Positions 9,748 to 21,498 are shown, counted from the first letter of the stretch. The stretch: 64,000 bases of DNA from Chthonomonadales bacterium (GCA_037443035.1 JBBIPC010000002.1:229620-293619), one strand, 5' to 3'. Translations and numbers: made by a program. The notes: generated by a model not told the origin, from the letters alone.

Positions 9748-12700
9748 GCTTCGCTCCGCCGGCTATTGCCTGAACCACATCGTCCACGTCCTCACGCCCT
9801 TCAGCAAGGGCAGCGAGCATCGTCCGGTACTCGAGCGACCATACCTTGTAGAACTCACTCAGTATTTCAGGCCAGCCGTCCAGAATCTCGCGCGCACGCC
9901 GACTTCCCGTGAGCATGTAGTGGTTCTCGATGAGCCGCAGAAGGATGTCCCGATCCTCCTCGTCCTCCACACGCTCTAAGAGGATGGAGCCGTGGCCGAA
10001 GTTCACGCGCGTGCGAAACTTCCCGTCCACATCATAGACGAAGGCGATCCCTCCACTCATGCCAGCGGCGAAGTTGCGACCCGTCTTACCCAGCACAACA
10101 ACTACTCCGCCCGTCATGTATTCGCAGCAGTGGTCGCCTGTGCCCTCGACCACGGCTTTGGCTCCGCTGTTGCGCACGGCGAATCTCTCACCCACCACGC
10201 CGCGGAGGTAGACTTCGCCGTTCGTTGCACCATAGAGGAGGGTGTTGCCAGCGATGATGTTCTCCTCTGCGGGGAAGGTCGCCTCACGCGGAGGAAAGGC
10301 AATGATCTTGCCGCCAGACAGCCCCTTGCCGAGGTAGTCGTTCGCGTCTCCCTCCAGTACGATGGTGATGCCGCGGGCGAGAAACGCTCCCAGCGACTGA
10401 CCAGCGGAGCCTCGGAAGCGAATGGTGATCGTGTCGTCGGGAAGCCCGTCAGCGCCGTATCTCTTGGCAACCTCTCCGCTCAGCATCGTCCCCACGGTCC
10501 GATTGCAGTTCCGAATCGGCCCCTCCACCTCTACGGCGCTGCCATCTTCCAGGGCTGCACGACATGCATCGATGAGATGGTAGTCAATCGCCTCATCGAG
10601 GCCGTGATCCTGGGGCTGCACGCAGCGCACGGCGACGTTGGGTCCGCGTTGAGGCTGCGCCAGGACCATGGATAGGTCGACTCCTGCCGCCTTCCAGTGG
10701 TTGACTGCCGGTGCGACATCGAGCATGTCAACACGCCCGACCATCTCCTCGAATCGGCGGAAGCCGAGCTGCGCCATGATCTCCCGCACTTCTCGGGCCA
10801 CGAAGGTGAAATAGCGTACGACGTGTTCGGGCTTCCCCTGGAATCGCTTCCGAAGCTCCGGATCCTGCGTGGCAACACCAACCGGACAGGTGTTCAAGTG
10901 GCAGACCCGCATCATCAGGCATCCGAGAGCGATCAGAGGCGCTGTGGAGAAGCCGAACTCCTCGGCGCCAAGTAGTGCTGCGATCACCACATCCCGGCCT
11001 GTCTTGAGTTGACCATCCGTTTGGAGCACAACACGTCCGCGCAGGTCGTTCTTCACGAGGACTTGCTGAGTCTCCGCCAGCCCGATCTCCCAGGGGATCC
11101 CGGCGTGCTTGATGGAGGACAGTGGAGACGCTCCGGTGCCACCGTCGTGGCCGCTGATGAGAATGTGGTCCGCATGGGCTTTGGCGACTCCAGCCGCGAC
11201 CGTTCCGACTCCCACCTCCGAGACCAGCTTCACGGAGATCCGCGCCTGCGGGTTCACATTCTTCAGATCGAAGATGAGCTGCGCCAGGTCTTCGATGGAA
11301 TAGATGTCATGGTGCGGCGGCGGAGAGATGAGCGTTACGCCTGGCGTCGTGTGGCGGACCCTGGCGATGTAGGACGCCACCTTCCGGCCCGGCAGCTCCC
11401 CTCCTTCGCCTGGCTTGGCTCCCTGGGCCATCTTGATCTGGAGCTCGTCCGCATTGACCAGGTACTCCGTCGTTACCCCGAAGCGGCCCGACGCGACCTG
11501 CTTGATGGCACTCCTGCGGCTATCGCCGTTTTCGTCGCGATGGTACCGAGCCGGATCCTCGCCTCCTTCGCCGGTGTTGCTCTTGCCACCAAGCCGATTC
11601 ATGGCTATGGCCAGCGTCTCGTGGGCCTCCCGGCTGATGGACCCCAGCGACATGGCACCGGTAACGAAGCGCCGGACGATACTCTCTATCGGCTCCACTT
11701 CCTCCAGCGGCACTGGCTCGGCCTGCCTGAACCGCAACAGCCCGCGCAGCGTAGCCAACTGCTCCGATTGCTCATTCACACGGGCGCTGAACTGCTTGAA
11801 CCACTCGTAACTATCCTCGCGCACGGCGCGCTGCAGTGCCGTGATGGTGTCCGGGTTGATCTGGTGGTATTCACCGTCTGCCCGCCACTTGTAGAGACCG
11901 CCCTGGTCCAGTTCCAGACTACACGGTATGTGTTGAGGAGGATAAGCGAAGCGATGCCTGGCGAGTGTCTCTTCCGCAATGGTCTCCAAGCCCACGCCGC
12001 CGATCCTGGAGGGGGTATGGGAGAAGAAGCGGTCAATGAACTCCTCGTTCAGGCCGACCGCTTCGAAGATCTGGGCGCCCCGGTAAGACTGCAGCGTGGA
12101 GATCCCCATCTTGGACATGGTCTTGAGCAAGCCCTTGTTGATGGCCTTGATGTAGTTGTATTCCGCTTGCTCGTAGGTCATGTCCTCTGGCAGGTATCCA
12201 CCGAGGCGGATCATATCGGCCAACGTCTCGAAGGCTAGGTACGGATTGATAGCACTGGCACCGTAACCGATCAGGAGAGCGAAATGATGCACCTCGCGCG
12301 GCTCCCCTGTCTCGACGACGAGAGCGACGTTGGTCCGCGTGCCTTCGCGAATCAGGTGATGGTGGACAGCGGATACCGCCAGCAAGGCGGGGATGGGGGC
12401 GTTGTCCCGGTCCACACCCCGATCGGAGAGTATCAGGATGCTCACGCCGTGCTCTAGTGCCTGGCTTGCTGCCTTGCACAGGCGATGGAGTGCAGCCTCC
12501 ATGCCTGCAGTTCCTGCACCGGCGTCGAACAGGATGGACAGTGTACGAGTCTGAAAGCCACGGCTGTCCAAGTTTCGTATCTTCTCTAGCTCCGCGTTCG
12601 TCAGCACCGCCGATTCGAGACGCACCTGCCGGCAGTTTTCCGGCCCTTCGTCGAGCAGGCTGCCATTGGCGCCTATGTAGTGAATCAGCGACATTACGAG

Positions 12701-14308
12701 CTCTTCCCTAATGGGATCGATGGGCGGGTTCGTCACCTGCGCGAAGAGCTGCTTGAAGTAGCTATACAGTAACTGGGGGCGGCTGGACAGGACTGCGAGA
12801 GGCGTATCGTTGCCCATGGAACCCAGAGGTTGCTCGCCATTGATGGCCATGGGTGCCATGAGGATCTTCAGATCCTCGAGCGTGTAACCGAAGGCCCGCT
12901 GTCTGTCCAGGATCGTGTCATGGTCGGCGACATGCACATTTGGTGGGTCTGGAAGATCACGGAGATCCACCTTGTTCTCAGCGAGCCACTTGCCGTAGGG
13001 CTTCCTGCGGACAATGCGGTTCTTCAGCTCTTCATCGGCAATGATCCGCCCTTCGTCGGTGTCCACCATGAAGATGCGACCGGGTTGGAGCCTCCACTTC
13101 TCGCGGATACGCTCGGGCTCGATGTCAAGGACGCCCGTCTCCGACGCCATGACGACCAGGTCGTCATGCGTCACCAGGTACCTAGCAGGTCGGAGGCCGT
13201 TGCGATCCAAGCAAGCCCCGATTCGCACACCGTCCGTGAAGGCTATGGCTGCCGGTCCGTCCCATGGCTCCATGATGCACGCATGGTACTCGTAGAACGC
13301 CCGGCGCTCGGGATCCATATGCTCGTTGCTGCCCCATGCCTCCGGCACGAGCATCATGAGCGCATGGGCAATGTGCCGGCCACCCATGACGAGTAGCTCC
13401 AGCGCATTGTCCAATGTGGCGGAGTCGCTTCCCACCTCGTTCACCAAGGGAATGAGCTTCCGCACATCGTCGCCGAAAACGGAGGAGCTCAACTTCGCCT
13501 GCCGCGCACGCATCCAGTTCCGATTGCCACGCAGGGTGTTGATCTCGCCATTGTGCGCGATCATACGGTAAGGATGCGCCAGAGGCCAGGTCGGGAACGT
13601 GTTGGTACTGAAGCGCTGATGGACCAGGGCAAGGGCTGTGCGCATTTCGGCGTCGGCCAGATCCAGGTAGAAACCGGTGATCTGTCGTGCCAGAAGCAGG
13701 CCCTTATAGACGATCGTCCTCGAGGAAAGGCTACAGACGTAGAAGTCCGAGAACAGATGAAGCCCCTTGCTCTCTAGCGTGCGGAAGATGGTCTTGCGGA
13801 TGACATAGAGCTTCCGCTCGAATGCAGTCCTGTCGGTGATATCGCGAGAAGACCCCACAAAGAACTGTCGAATGACGGGTTCTGTCTCGCGCGCTTTGGC
13901 GCCGATAACACTATCGTCTACCGGCACATCGCGCCAGCCGAGAAAGACCTGTCCTTCGCTGTCTACGACATGCTCGATTACCGCTTCGCAGATCTGCCTT
14001 TCGGTGACATCACGAGGGAGGAAGACCATGCCGACTCCGTACCGGCCCGGATCCGGCAGGCGCCCGTCCAATTCCCGCTGGTACAGGCCATGGGGTATCT
14101 GCACGAGGATGCCCGCGCCATCGCCGGTCTCAGGGTCGCAGCCGCACGCGCCGCGGTGTTCGAGGTTGACAAGTATCTTGAGCGCCTGCTCTACGATTTC
14201 ATGGGACGGTCGCCCCTTCATGTCCACGACGAAACCAACACCGCATGCGTCGTGCTCGAATGCAGGATCGTAGAGCCCGTCCTTGGTCGGATATGGTGAT
14301 CGTATCAT
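9740..14308 (-). CDS. gltB: Glutamate synthase large (alpha) subunit
   Basis: 'EHDACGVGF' Ntn cysteine, 'HQRFSTNT', '[12 protein letters not shown]', '[15 protein letters not shown]', C-terminal GXGXG domain; 1522 aa. Confidence 0.98.
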   Translation of the reverse strand: MIRSPYPTKDGLYDPAFEHDACGVGFVVDMKGRPSHEIVEQALKILVNLEHRGACGCDPETGDGAGILVQIPHGLYQRELDGRLPDPGRYGVGMVFLPRDVTERQICEAVIEHVVDSEGQVFLGWRDVPVDDSVIGAKARETEPVIRQFFVGSSRDITDRTAFERKLYVIRKTIFRTLESKGLHLFSDFYVCSLSSRTIVYKGLLLARQITGFYLDLADAEMRTALALVHQRFSTNTFPTWPLAHPYRMIAHNGEINTLRGNRNWMRARQAKLSSSVFGDDVRKLIPLVNEVGSDSATLDNALELLVMGGRHIAHALMMLVPEAWGSNEHMDPERRAFYEYHACIMEPWDGPAAIAFTDGVRIGACLDRNGLRPARYLVTHDDLVVMASETGVLDIEPERIREKWRLQPGRIFMVDTDEGRIIADEELKNRIVRRKPYGKWLAENKVDLRDLPDPPNVHVADHDTILDRQRAFGYTLEDLKILMAPMAINGEQPLGSMGNDTPLAVLSSRPQLLYSYFKQLFAQVTNPPIDPIREELVMSLIHYIGANGSLLDEGPENCRQVRLESAVLTNAELEKIRNLDSRGFQTRTLSILFDAGAGTAGMEAALHRLCKAASQALEHGVSILILSDRGVDRDNAPIPALLAVSAVHHHLIREGTRTNVALVVETGEPREVHHFALLIGYGASAINPYLAFETLADMIRLGGYLPEDMTYEQAEYNYIKAINKGLLKTMSKMGISTLQSYRGAQIFEAVGLNEEFIDRFFSHTPSRIGGVGLETIAEETLARHRFAYPPQHIPCSLELDQGGLYKWRADGEYHQINPDTITALQRAVREDSYEWFKQFSARVNEQSEQLATLRGLLRFRQAEPVPLEEVEPIESIVRRFVTGAMSLGSISREAHETLAIAMNRLGGKSNTGEGGEDPARYHRDENGDSRRSAIKQVASGRFGVTTEYLVNADELQIKMAQGAKPGEGGELPGRKVASYIARVRHTTPGVTLISPPPHHDIYSIEDLAQLIFDLKNVNPQARISVKLVSEVGVGTVAAGVAKAHADHILISGHDGGTGASPLSSIKHAGIPWEIGLAETQQVLVKNDLRGRVVLQTDGQLKTGRDVVIAALLGAEEFGFSTAPLIALGCLMMRVCHLNTCPVGVATQDPELRKRFQGKPEHVVRYFTFVAREVREIMAQLGFRRFEEMVGRVDMLDVAPAVNHWKAAGVDLSMVLAQPQRGPNVAVRCVQPQDHGLDEAIDYHLIDACRAALEDGSAVEVEGPIRNCNRTVGTMLSGEVAKRYGADGLPDDTITIRFRGSAGQSLGAFLARGITIVLEGDANDYLGKGLSGGKIIAFPPREATFPAEENIIAGNTLLYGATNGEVYLRGVVGERFAVRNSGAKAVVEGTGDHCCEYMTGGVVVVLGKTGRNFAAGMSGGIAFVYDVDGKFRTRVNFGHGSILLERVEDEEDRDILLRLIENHYMLTGSRRAREILDGWPEILSEFYKVWSLEYRTMLAALAEGREDVDDVVQAIAGGAKHG

Positions 14309-14341
14309 CAGCTATCCAGTCGTTACTTCCAGAATGGGAAA

Positions 14342-14412
14342 GACGCCCTGGCCCGGAGCAGCGTCATGCCGACGTCATGTCGATACGCTGCGCACTTCCG
14401 GCCACGGGCGTC
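14342..14412 (-). promoter_or_regulatory. Long imperfect stem-loop in the putative gltBD leader (possible attenuator or protein-binding RNA)
   Basis: GACGCCC/GGGCGTC, TGGC/GCCA, CGGA/TCCG, GCAGCGT/ACGCTGC and CGAC/GTCG pair in nested order. A TATACT -10-like hexamer lies at 14443-14448 (minus). Confidence 0.45.
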
Positions 14413-14543
14413 CTCGGAACCGTGCCTGCTATGGAGGTTACGAGTATACCCTGTAGTACCGATTCTACGGACAGGTTTGCGCCATGGAGGCGATCGCTCC
14501 CCTGCTCGTACAGGACGCGATGTCTGTGGCTAGGCGTCGGCGA

Positions 14544-15836
14544 TCACCGACGTGCCTTGGCAACAAGACCTGCTCGGCGAAATGCTCTCGACGTAGCCGG
14601 ATGGCTGCCGGTTAGGCGCCAAATCAGGCCGGTGCGGTAGTTCTCGATAGCGAGCAGCGCCATACCGAGATCGATGCCGATGACGTCCTTGTCGAACCAG
14701 TTGCGGTCGAGGTTGTAGGCATTCGCGAAGCCATACCGCCCCCACATTCGCTTCCCGAGCGTCTTCCGCAGGTAGTGCGCGCTATCCAGTGCTCCGCGTG
14801 GGTCGTAGAGGATGGAAGCCAGGACGCCCGTCGGCGATAGCGTGCCGTCTTCAGGAGTTGGTACCCCGTATGCCATGTAGCCATCGGGACCATCGGACGC
14901 GTTGAGACCCCATCCGTACGGGCCGTAGCCCTTCCTGCCGGTAGGATTGTCTTTGCAGAAGAGCCGGTGGATGCGGACTGCGTCTGCCGCCGCGGAATGA
15001 TAGTCAATGCCGAGACGGTCACGTCTGTCGCGCAGGTCATAGTAAGCGTGGCTCATCTGATGCCAGAAGATCGGCCCCGCCGCCAAAGTCCTGATGCCTC
15101 GGTATTCGTAGGTTCCCCGCTTCCATGCGTACCATGATTCGCTCGGCAACGGGTTTCGCCTGGCGCCTAAGCCGAGCAGGTACAGGAAGATGTGCTCGCA
15201 GAAGGTATCCCAGTTGTTCGACAGGAAACCGGTCTCGGGCTTCCAGCCGTGGGAGAGGACGAGCTTGGCAGGCTGCGTGCCACCGTTGGTCAGCATCCAT
15301 TGCCAGTCCAGCCGATCATAGAGCTGGTTGGCAAGCGTCTCTACCTTGGTGCCGCGGAAGTACTGGCCACAGGTGAGGGCTCCAATGACGAGGAGGCCCG
15401 TGTCAATGGAGGAGACTTCGCAGCCCCATCGTCTCTGTCCCGTAGCCCAATCCACGAAGTGATAGAGCCAACCATGCTTGTGGGGCATCTTCAGGACGTA
15501 TCGGAGCGTTCGCTCGGCCCGGGCGATGGCGTCCTGGCGCTCGATCCAGCCTCGTTCCACGCCAATGGGAAGGGCTGCCAGCCCATAGCCGGTAGCCGCG
15601 ATGGAGGCCACATCGTAGCTGTCCCTGCCCGAGTTGGATGCGCGGTCTCGAACAAGACCGGTGCGCGGATGGGCACACTCGACGAAGAACAGCACAGCCC
15701 TACGCTGGACTTCGTCCAGGAGCTGGCGATCAGACGCAACAGAGGACGTAGGGGGGCCGCCGTACGACGGCCCCAGCTGCAGTGCCGCCGCCAACGTGGC
15801 GAGGAGGTTGACCACATAGCGGCGGCTCTGTCTCAT
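14544..15836 (-). CDS. Secreted glucoamylase-family (GH144-like) endo-beta-1,2-glucanase
   Basis: 'TGLVRDRA', '[10 protein letters not shown]', 'GWLYHFVD', 'EVSSIDT', '[11 protein letters not shown]', '[17 protein letters not shown]'. ATG 15836 overlaps the upstream stop. Confidence 0.82.
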   Translation of the reverse strand: MRQSRRYVVNLLATLAAALQLGPSYGGPPTSSVASDRQLLDEVQRRAVLFFVECAHPRTGLVRDRASNSGRDSYDVASIAATGYGLAALPIGVERGWIERQDAIARAERTLRYVLKMPHKHGWLYHFVDWATGQRRWGCEVSSIDTGLLVIGALTCGQYFRGTKVETLANQLYDRLDWQWMLTNGGTQPAKLVLSHGWKPETGFLSNNWDTFCEHIFLYLLGLGARRNPLPSESWYAWKRGTYEYRGIRTLAAGPIFWHQMSHAYYDLRDRRDRLGIDYHSAAADAVRIHRLFCKDNPTGRKGYGPYGWGLNASDGPDGYMAYGVPTPEDGTLSPTGVLASILYDPRGALDSAHYLRKTLGKRMWGRYGFANAYNLDRNWFDKDVIGIDLGMALLAIENYRTGLIWRLTGSHPATSRAFRRAGLVAKARR

Positions 15837-16624
15837 CGTGTGGTCGCTCGAAGCGTGGTGCAGAAGGTATCGAGCCAGGAGAGGTCCATCCCACCAAAGA
15901 CCATGTTGTTCGGGTTGTACATCCACATGTTCGTGCCGTCGGGATTGCTGGGCGTGCAAGTGGCCTCGTAGCTGGTCCACTTCGAGTGCCCATCCATGAA
16001 CGTGATATTGGCCGCACGGTCGGTGCCGCGGTGCCGTGCCCCCCAGTTCGCTCCTGCCGAACCCCAGTCAGGATCGTAGGCCATCCAGGGGCCGTAATCT
16101 GCCCAGATGTCCTTGTGCTCACCGAAGAGGATGGAGTTCGCCGGATAGTCGAACCCCGCCTCGGCGTACTTGAAGCCTGACCACCAGTCACCTGAACCGA
16201 CCGCGGCGCTGGACTTGAAGAACGCATTGTAGTAGAAGTAGGAGCGGACCGTCTTCGGCACCGTGGGATCGTACCAGGACTCGGCTGACTCATCGAGGGT
16301 GTTTCCGGCAGGATTGCTCGGGCACTTGAAGAGCTGCAAGTTCTTGATGTACGGCTGGAGGAGGTGCTTCCAGTTGCCCAGACAGCCGTTGGGACCGAAG
16401 TTCCGGCGGATCATCAAGGTCTCGTCGTAGTCCTGACTGTACATTCTCGCCGCAGTGCCGAACTGCCGCGTGTTGGAGAGGCAGGAGATCAGTCGAGCCG
16501 ACTCGCGTGCTTGCGCGAATACTGGGAAGAGAATTGCTGCCAGGATGGCGATGATGGCAATCACCACCAGCAGCTCGATGAGAGTGAACCCGCCCCAACG
16601 GGGCTGTGCCTTGCCGTAGCGCAT
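15833..16624 (-). CDS. Prepilin-type N-terminal cleavage/methylation protein with DUF1559-like domain and H-X-DG C-terminal motif
   Basis: '[39 protein letters not shown]', 'YSQDYDE', 'FKCPS', 'RH...[12 protein letters not shown]'. ATG 16624 follows an AAGGAG RBS. Confidence 0.9.
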   Translation of the reverse strand: MRYGKAQPRWGGFTLIELLVVIAIIAILAAILFPVFAQARESARLISCLSNTRQFGTAARMYSQDYDETLMIRRNFGPNGCLGNWKHLLQPYIKNLQLFKCPSNPAGNTLDESAESWYDPTVPKTVRSYFYYNAFFKSSAAVGSGDWWSGFKYAEAGFDYPANSILFGEHKDIWADYGPWMAYDPDWGSAGANWGARHRGTDRAANITFMDGHSKWTSYEATCTPSNPDGTNMWMYNPNNMVFGGMDLSWLDTFCTTLRATTR

Positions 16625-16731
16625 TGTGTTGCCTTCTCCTTTGATGGTGTGTGCACGATCCACAGACCCTCTCGGATCGGGGTCGTGGTCTTGCGCAGTT
16701 GCTGCACTTTCACGTGCCAAGAGCGAATGTC

Positions 16732-16932
16732 CTAACGTGGCGTAATCGGTGCCGAGACGCCCGGGTTCCGCCCTGGTATCTCTCCCGGCTTCATCGGTCG
16801 CCCCAGCCCTGCCTCCTTCGGCGAACGGAGGCCGCTGGGTACGGCCCACATCTTCCAGACACCAAGACCAATGGCAGCCAGCAAGAGAGCAACGATCAAG
16901 ACTGCCAGGCGTGTGTCAATCTCGCGTCTCAT
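16732..16932 (-). CDS. Small single-TM protein (66 aa) with Pro/Gly-rich tail
   Basis: [29 protein letters not shown]...; GGAGGAG RBS directly upstream of ATG 16932. Confidence 0.65.
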   Translation of the reverse strand: MRREIDTRLAVLIVALLLAAIGLGVWKMWAVPSGLRSPKEAGLGRPMKPGEIPGRNPGVSAPITPR

Positions 16933-16946
16933 GATCTCCTCCCGTT

Positions 16947-17966
16947 TCATGACGGTGCAGGACCAGTCGATTCACGTATACAAAGGACTGGAGGAATGAC
17001 GATCGAGTGGGCCTCCTCGCTGCCGTTCTCGATCATCGCCGCAAGCATCTTCATGCCCTCGGCTGCGATGAGCGGAATGTCCTGCGCCACGCTTGTCAGA
17101 GTGGGGTGCGTATGGTTGCAGAATTCCGTGGAGTCGAAGCCAATAATGGAGAGGTCCTGAGGGACGCGCAGTCCTATATTGCGCACCTCGGCCATCAGCC
17201 GGAGCGCTACATCATCCGACCACGCGAACACAGCCGTGGGTCTTGGTTCGCGAAGGAGTGCTTCGGCAACAGGAGTGAAATCTGCCCCCGCATGCCCGGC
17301 TTCGAGAATGTGGTCGGTCCGTAGGGCGCAACCTGCATCATGCAGGGCGTTCTGGAAGCCCCGCAGCCTGTCCACTGCCGCGCTGGAGTGAGGCGATCCC
17401 GTCAGATGGAGGATATGCCGATGCCCGAGGCTCGTCAGGTACTCACCGGCGATTCTGCCACCCAGTTCATCGTCGCAGCAGGCGTAGGGCACCGTGGCAT
17501 TGCGGCTGCGACTGAAGATGAGCACCGTGGGGATGGAATGCTCCACCAGCAAGTCAATGAGTGGATCGTCCCAGTCTCGGAGCAGCAGGGCTCCGTCCAC
17601 ACGCCCATCGGCAAGGGCTAGCGCCTCCGCCCGTACATCACTCCGTTCGCGAGTGTGTAGCAGGAGGTCCAGTCCGCACGCGTGCGCAGCATCCGCTACC
17701 CCATGCATCATTTCGGACGTGAAGCCCGACCAGCTCGAGAAGATGGAGGCGTACTGCATGACAAGCGCAACGGTGTGCGTCTTCTTGCCCGCCAGACCGC
17801 GCGCCAGAGCGTTGGGATGGTATCCCAGCTCCTCCACCGCCCTCCAGATCCGCTCCCGCGTACGAGGGCTGATGCGGACGGCGCCTGACCGATTGTTCAG
17901 GACGTACGAGACCGTGGCGATGGAAACGCCAGCTCTCTCCGCCACTTCCTTGATGGTTGCCGCCAT
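16947..17966 (-). CDS. LacI-family transcriptional regulator
   Basis: HTH 'TIKEVAERAGVSIATVSYVLN', hinge 'YHPNALARGL', sugar-binding domain 'VPQDLSIIGFD...PTLTSV'. Confidence 0.96.
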   Translation of the reverse strand: MAATIKEVAERAGVSIATVSYVLNNRSGAVRISPRTRERIWRAVEELGYHPNALARGLAGKKTHTVALVMQYASIFSSWSGFTSEMMHGVADAAHACGLDLLLHTRERSDVRAEALALADGRVDGALLLRDWDDPLIDLLVEHSIPTVLIFSRSRNATVPYACCDDELGGRIAGEYLTSLGHRHILHLTGSPHSSAAVDRLRGFQNALHDAGCALRTDHILEAGHAGADFTPVAEALLREPRPTAVFAWSDDVALRLMAEVRNIGLRVPQDLSIIGFDSTEFCNHTHPTLTSVAQDIPLIAAEGMKMLAAMIENGSEEAHSIVIPPVLCIRESTGPAPS

Positions 17967-17976
17967 GCACGCCTGC

Positions 17977-18002
17977 CGAACCGATTAAGGTTAAACGCTT
18001 CA
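17977..18002. promoter_or_regulatory. Two tandem LacI-type operator candidates (AAnCGnTT cores)
   Basis: AACCGATT at 17979-17986 and AAACGCTT at 17993-18000, at and just downstream of the predicted transcription start of the LacI gene. Confidence 0.65.
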
Positions 18003-18007
18003 GCACC

Positions 18008-18036
18008 ATTATACATACCGATTCGCGGCTTGTCAA
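18008..18036 (-). promoter_or_regulatory. Perfect-consensus sigma70 promoter (TTGACA-N17-TATAAT) for the LacI/pilin/GH144 operon
   Basis: Minus-strand TTGACA at 18031-18036, TATAAT at 18008-18013, 17-bp spacer. Confidence 0.88.
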
Positions 18037-18259
18037 GGAGTCCTTCGAAAATCGTGTCCCGGTGCCACAAGAGGCGGCTAACGCCTGTGGCCGTAAGGAG
18101 AGACGCAGCTGCTTTGGCAGAGCTACGCAATCAGCGGATGGAATGGGGGGGCAGAGCAGAAGTGTCGAAAGGGCGTCGATCGTGGCTTGTGCCTACTCCT
18201 CAGGGCCGCCTGAGACAACACGGTTCGATAATGGGGGGACAGTGCTCCGTACGCGGCAC

Positions 18260-19045
18260 TCACTCCGGTGGGTACGCGGGAACCCCGCATGCAAGGTAAC
18301 CACCGTCTACGGCGATGGTCTCGCCCGTTATGTACGCCGCCGCAGGAGAGCAAAGGAATATCGCCGCGCCCACGACCTCCGCAGGTTCTCCAAAACGGCC
18401 AAGTGGAGTGTGGTTGCGGAACCACTTGCCCCGAGGCGTTCCCTCGATGAGCGCACGGTTCAAGGGCGTCGGGAACACACCTGGAGCGATGGCGTTCACC
18501 CGGATGCCATGTTCGGCCCATTCTACGGCCAATACCTTGGTTAGTTCCATGACGGCCGCCTTGCTGGCACAATAGGCTGCGACCCACGACAGCCCCACGA
18601 AGGAGGCAAGGCTGGCGATATTCACGATGGCGCCACCACCCGTATCCTTCATGAGCCGCGCCGCGGCCTGGGAACACAGAAACGTACCCGTCAGGTTCGT
18701 GCGCAGCACACGCTCCCAGTCCACGAGGTCCATCTCGATGGCTGGCGCCTTATGAGTAACACCTGCCGCGTTGATCAGGATGTCTAGTCGGCCGTACTCC
18801 TCGCGAACCTTGCAGAACACCTCGTCCACCGAGGCAGGATCCGACACATCCATGCTAAGCGCCTCACAGCCAGGCTGAACGGCCTGAAGGTCCGCGGTCA
18901 TGGCGGCGACTTTATTGGGATCCCGCGAACCTGCGATCACCAATGCACCGGCCTCGGCAAGGCCGAGCGCGATAGCCCTTCCCAGTCCACTCGTCCCACC
19001 CGTGACCAGAGCGACCTTGCCGGTAACGTCGAATGGCTGATACAT
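18260..19045 (-). CDS. SDR oxidoreductase (KduD/gluconate 5-dehydrogenase-like)
   Basis: 'TGGTSGLG', 'INAAG', catalytic 'YCASK', 'VNAIAPG', 'VDGG'. Confidence 0.9.
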   Translation of the reverse strand: MYQPFDVTGKVALVTGGTSGLGRAIALGLAEAGALVIAGSRDPNKVAAMTADLQAVQPGCEALSMDVSDPASVDEVFCKVREEYGRLDILINAAGVTHKAPAIEMDLVDWERVLRTNLTGTFLCSQAAARLMKDTGGGAIVNIASLASFVGLSWVAAYCASKAAVMELTKVLAVEWAEHGIRVNAIAPGVFPTPLNRALIEGTPRGKWFRNHTPLGRFGEPAEVVGAAIFLCSPAAAYITGETIAVDGGYLACGVPAYPPE

Positions 19046-19133
19046 TCCCTACCCCCTTCGTTCTGACCCGGTGGTGGATGCCAGGTCCTGGGCCGAAGTG
19101 CTGCACGCCGCGAGCCACAGGCTCTGGTGCAGG

Positions 19134-20924
19134 CTACCGTACGTACTGTCCGCTGTTGCCATCGAAGATCCGGTCGCCTGCCCCCCGAGCGCGCATGGTC
19201 ACTCCGTACACTTGGACCCCCAGTGTCCGCCCGTCATTGCTGCCGCGGATCACTTTGCTGGGCACCCAGCCCTTCGCGCGGATCGTGAGCCGGAGCGTAT
19301 CCCCAGCCTGCGGTGGTATGCGCACGGTTACGGTCATCTCGCCGGCTTTGGCGAACGTGGCCAGCCGCTCGCTGCCCATATACAGTCCACTATCAGGCGC
19401 AAGAGCAGCTTCGGGCACGCCCAAGCGCAGGGTCAGTGTATATGTGCGACCCGAGCGGATGGGTAAGATGAGCTGCCCGTTGCCGATCGTCCAACGATGC
19501 GTACGCACCTTGCCAGCAACGATGAGCCGCTCGCGTGCGTACATGTTCTCCACCCACCGTCCATCGCCTTCTTCACCAATCGTGAGCTTGTAGTGCAGTC
19601 GAGCCTCGGGCGTCCACTGAACAGGATCTTCCTCGTTCGCCAGGAGCTGGGTCCGCTTACCCGCCAGATTCTTCACGATAATGCCGTCTGCCGACTGGTT
19701 CCCCATGAGGATGGCAGATCGGACCTTGGGGCCTACCCGCACATGTGTGCCGAAACTGCCAAACGTGCACCCCTGGACAATGCTCGCACCACCCTCCAGA
19801 TCCAGCGCAGGCGACCCAGTACCCGTGTTATTCCAATGCACGAAGTGACACGAGCTGGCGCTGAAGTTACCTGCCGTGCTGCGCATCCATACGCATCGGT
19901 CTATGGGACCCCAGAACGAGCAGTTGACCAGGCTCACCTTACCGACGACCTTCGGTCCCACCTCTAGACAAACCGAGTCCGTACTCCCCCAACGACCGAC
20001 GAACTCACCGTTGGTGATGAGGAGGCCCGGATCCTGTGCTTGCTCTACGAGCACAGCGCGCCTGCACGAATCGGCACCGAGTCCCAGGAAGTTCCCATTG
20101 GTGCTGCCGGCTTTGGATTCCGAAAACTTGTATCCGACCCCGTAACCGAAACAGAACGTGTTGAATACGTAGTGCCAGTCGGTTCGCGCCAGCTCGAATG
20201 CCACCCCCTTGGTGTTGATCCAGAGGCAATAGGGGTCGTCCGGCTTGTACAGCACGCCGAACGGCCAGTAATGGACGTTCTCGATGTGGCCAATGTCGTA
20301 GCACTCGTCCACGAAGATGCCTCGCTTGATCGGGTAACCGGTGATGTTTCGCACGAGGTGGCGGTGGGCGCGGACGAGCTTGATGCCTTCATAGGGATTG
20401 ACGAGGCAACAATCCTGGATGGCGACGTTCTCGGTCCCCTCCGAGCCCACGCACGGTGGGTAGGGAACTGGAGGGACATCGGTCTGCTTCCATTCCGGAT
20501 ACAAGATGACAACGCCCATGAGTGCGGAGCAGTTACCCGCGAGCTTGATGAACGGCGGCCCGTCCACAGTGCCGCGGCCTGCATACGCAAGCAGTACCGT
20601 GCCCTTGATCTCTTGCGCCACCGGTCTTCCGATGGTCGGCGCCATGCGGTAGGTCCCCTGCAGTGTCACGGCCGCAGGTATGCTGAGATTGCCCTTGATG
20701 GCGTAAGTACCGGCCGGCACATGGACCACCCCTCCTCCGGCCTTCGCTGCCTCGTCCAGAGCTTTCTGGAAGGCCGCCGTGCAGTCCGTTACGCCGTCTG
20801 CCACGGCACCGGCATCCAGCACGTTCCACGATCTGTCGCCGCTCTGGGCCGCCGACAGCCTGCCGACAGCGGTGCATAGGACGATCGCACCTCCGATGAG
20901 CCCCAGCCGCAGGTGTCTTACCAT
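19134..20924 (-). CDS. Secreted pectate-lyase-3/GH28-related beta-helix protein with C-terminal beta-sandwich
   Basis: Signal peptide; 'WNVLDAGAVADGVTDCTAAFQKALD..GGGVVHVPAGTY'; C-terminal 'SNDGRTLGV'. Start approximate. Confidence 0.75.
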   Translation of the reverse strand: MVRHLRLGLIGGAIVLCTAVGRLSAAQSGDRSWNVLDAGAVADGVTDCTAAFQKALDEAAKAGGGVVHVPAGTYAIKGNLSIPAAVTLQGTYRMAPTIGRPVAQEIKGTVLLAYAGRGTVDGPPFIKLAGNCSALMGVVILYPEWKQTDVPPVPYPPCVGSEGTENVAIQDCCLVNPYEGIKLVRAHRHLVRNITGYPIKRGIFVDECYDIGHIENVHYWPFGVLYKPDDPYCLWINTKGVAFELARTDWHYVFNTFCFGYGVGYKFSESKAGSTNGNFLGLGADSCRRAVLVEQAQDPGLLITNGEFVGRWGSTDSVCLEVGPKVVGKVSLVNCSFWGPIDRCVWMRSTAGNFSASSCHFVHWNNTGTGSPALDLEGGASIVQGCTFGSFGTHVRVGPKVRSAILMGNQSADGIIVKNLAGKRTQLLANEEDPVQWTPEARLHYKLTIGEEGDGRWVENMYARERLIVAGKVRTHRWTIGNGQLILPIRSGRTYTLTLRLGVPEAALAPDSGLYMGSERLATFAKAGEMTVTVRIPPQAGDTLRLTIRAKGWVPSKVIRGSNDGRTLGVQVYGVTMRARGAGDRIFDGNSGQYVR

Positions 20925-21117
20925 GCGCACAGTTCGGTCCCTCCCATCTCCTCGTATTTCCCTGTCAAAGCGATTCGACCGATCGTTCCGTGGCTCCTGC
21001 CGGCCACGAAGATCCAACCTCCTTCGCGTCGTGCTAAGCTATTCGCCAGAAATCGAGCAGAATGCGCTATCGTTGGTCCACGGACAGTACGATGGAGGCG
21101 CACGGAGAAGGACGTGT

Positions 21118-21498
21118 ATGGAGACTACCGTAAGCAAAGCTCAGGTCATCCTGGTGGTCATGATTTCGGTGCTATGTGTTTCTGTCGGCGAGACCCTCTT
21201 GTCCGCCGGTATGCGGCAGGTCGGTAGAGGCGGGCACGATGGGCTTCGTTTTCTGCTCGCGGCACTGTCGAGCTGGCACGTCCTGCTGGGCACGCTGCTC
21301 ATGATGGCGTTCTTCGCGCTCTATGCCCTCGCCCTAGCATGGGCGGACCTGAGCTTCGTCCTACCTCTGACGGCCGTTAGTTACGTGACAGGGGCGCTCT
21401 TCGCCCAGGTTTTTCTCCATGAACCGGTCTCCCTGACCCGCTGGCTTGGCGCCATCATCATCACGCTGGGGGTTGTCGTCGTCGGCAAGGGAGGATGA
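21118..21498 (+). CDS. Small 4-TM EamA/DMT (ArnE/F-like) transporter subunit
   Basis: Four hydrophobic segments; 'WADLSFVLPLTA', 'FLHEPVSLTRWLG'. ATG 21118. Confidence 0.8.
   Translation: METTVSKAQVILVVMISVLCVSVGETLLSAGMRQVGRGGHDGLRFLLAALSSWHVLLGTLLMMAFFALYALALAWADLSFVLPLTAVSYVTGALFAQVFLHEPVSLTRWLGAIIITLGVVVVGKGG

Noticed and set aside
8288..14299. Long plus-strand ORFs opposite gltBD (e.g. 11009..12238) and similar antisense ORFs elsewhere
   Set aside because: Shadow ORFs expected from high GC3 on the coding strand.
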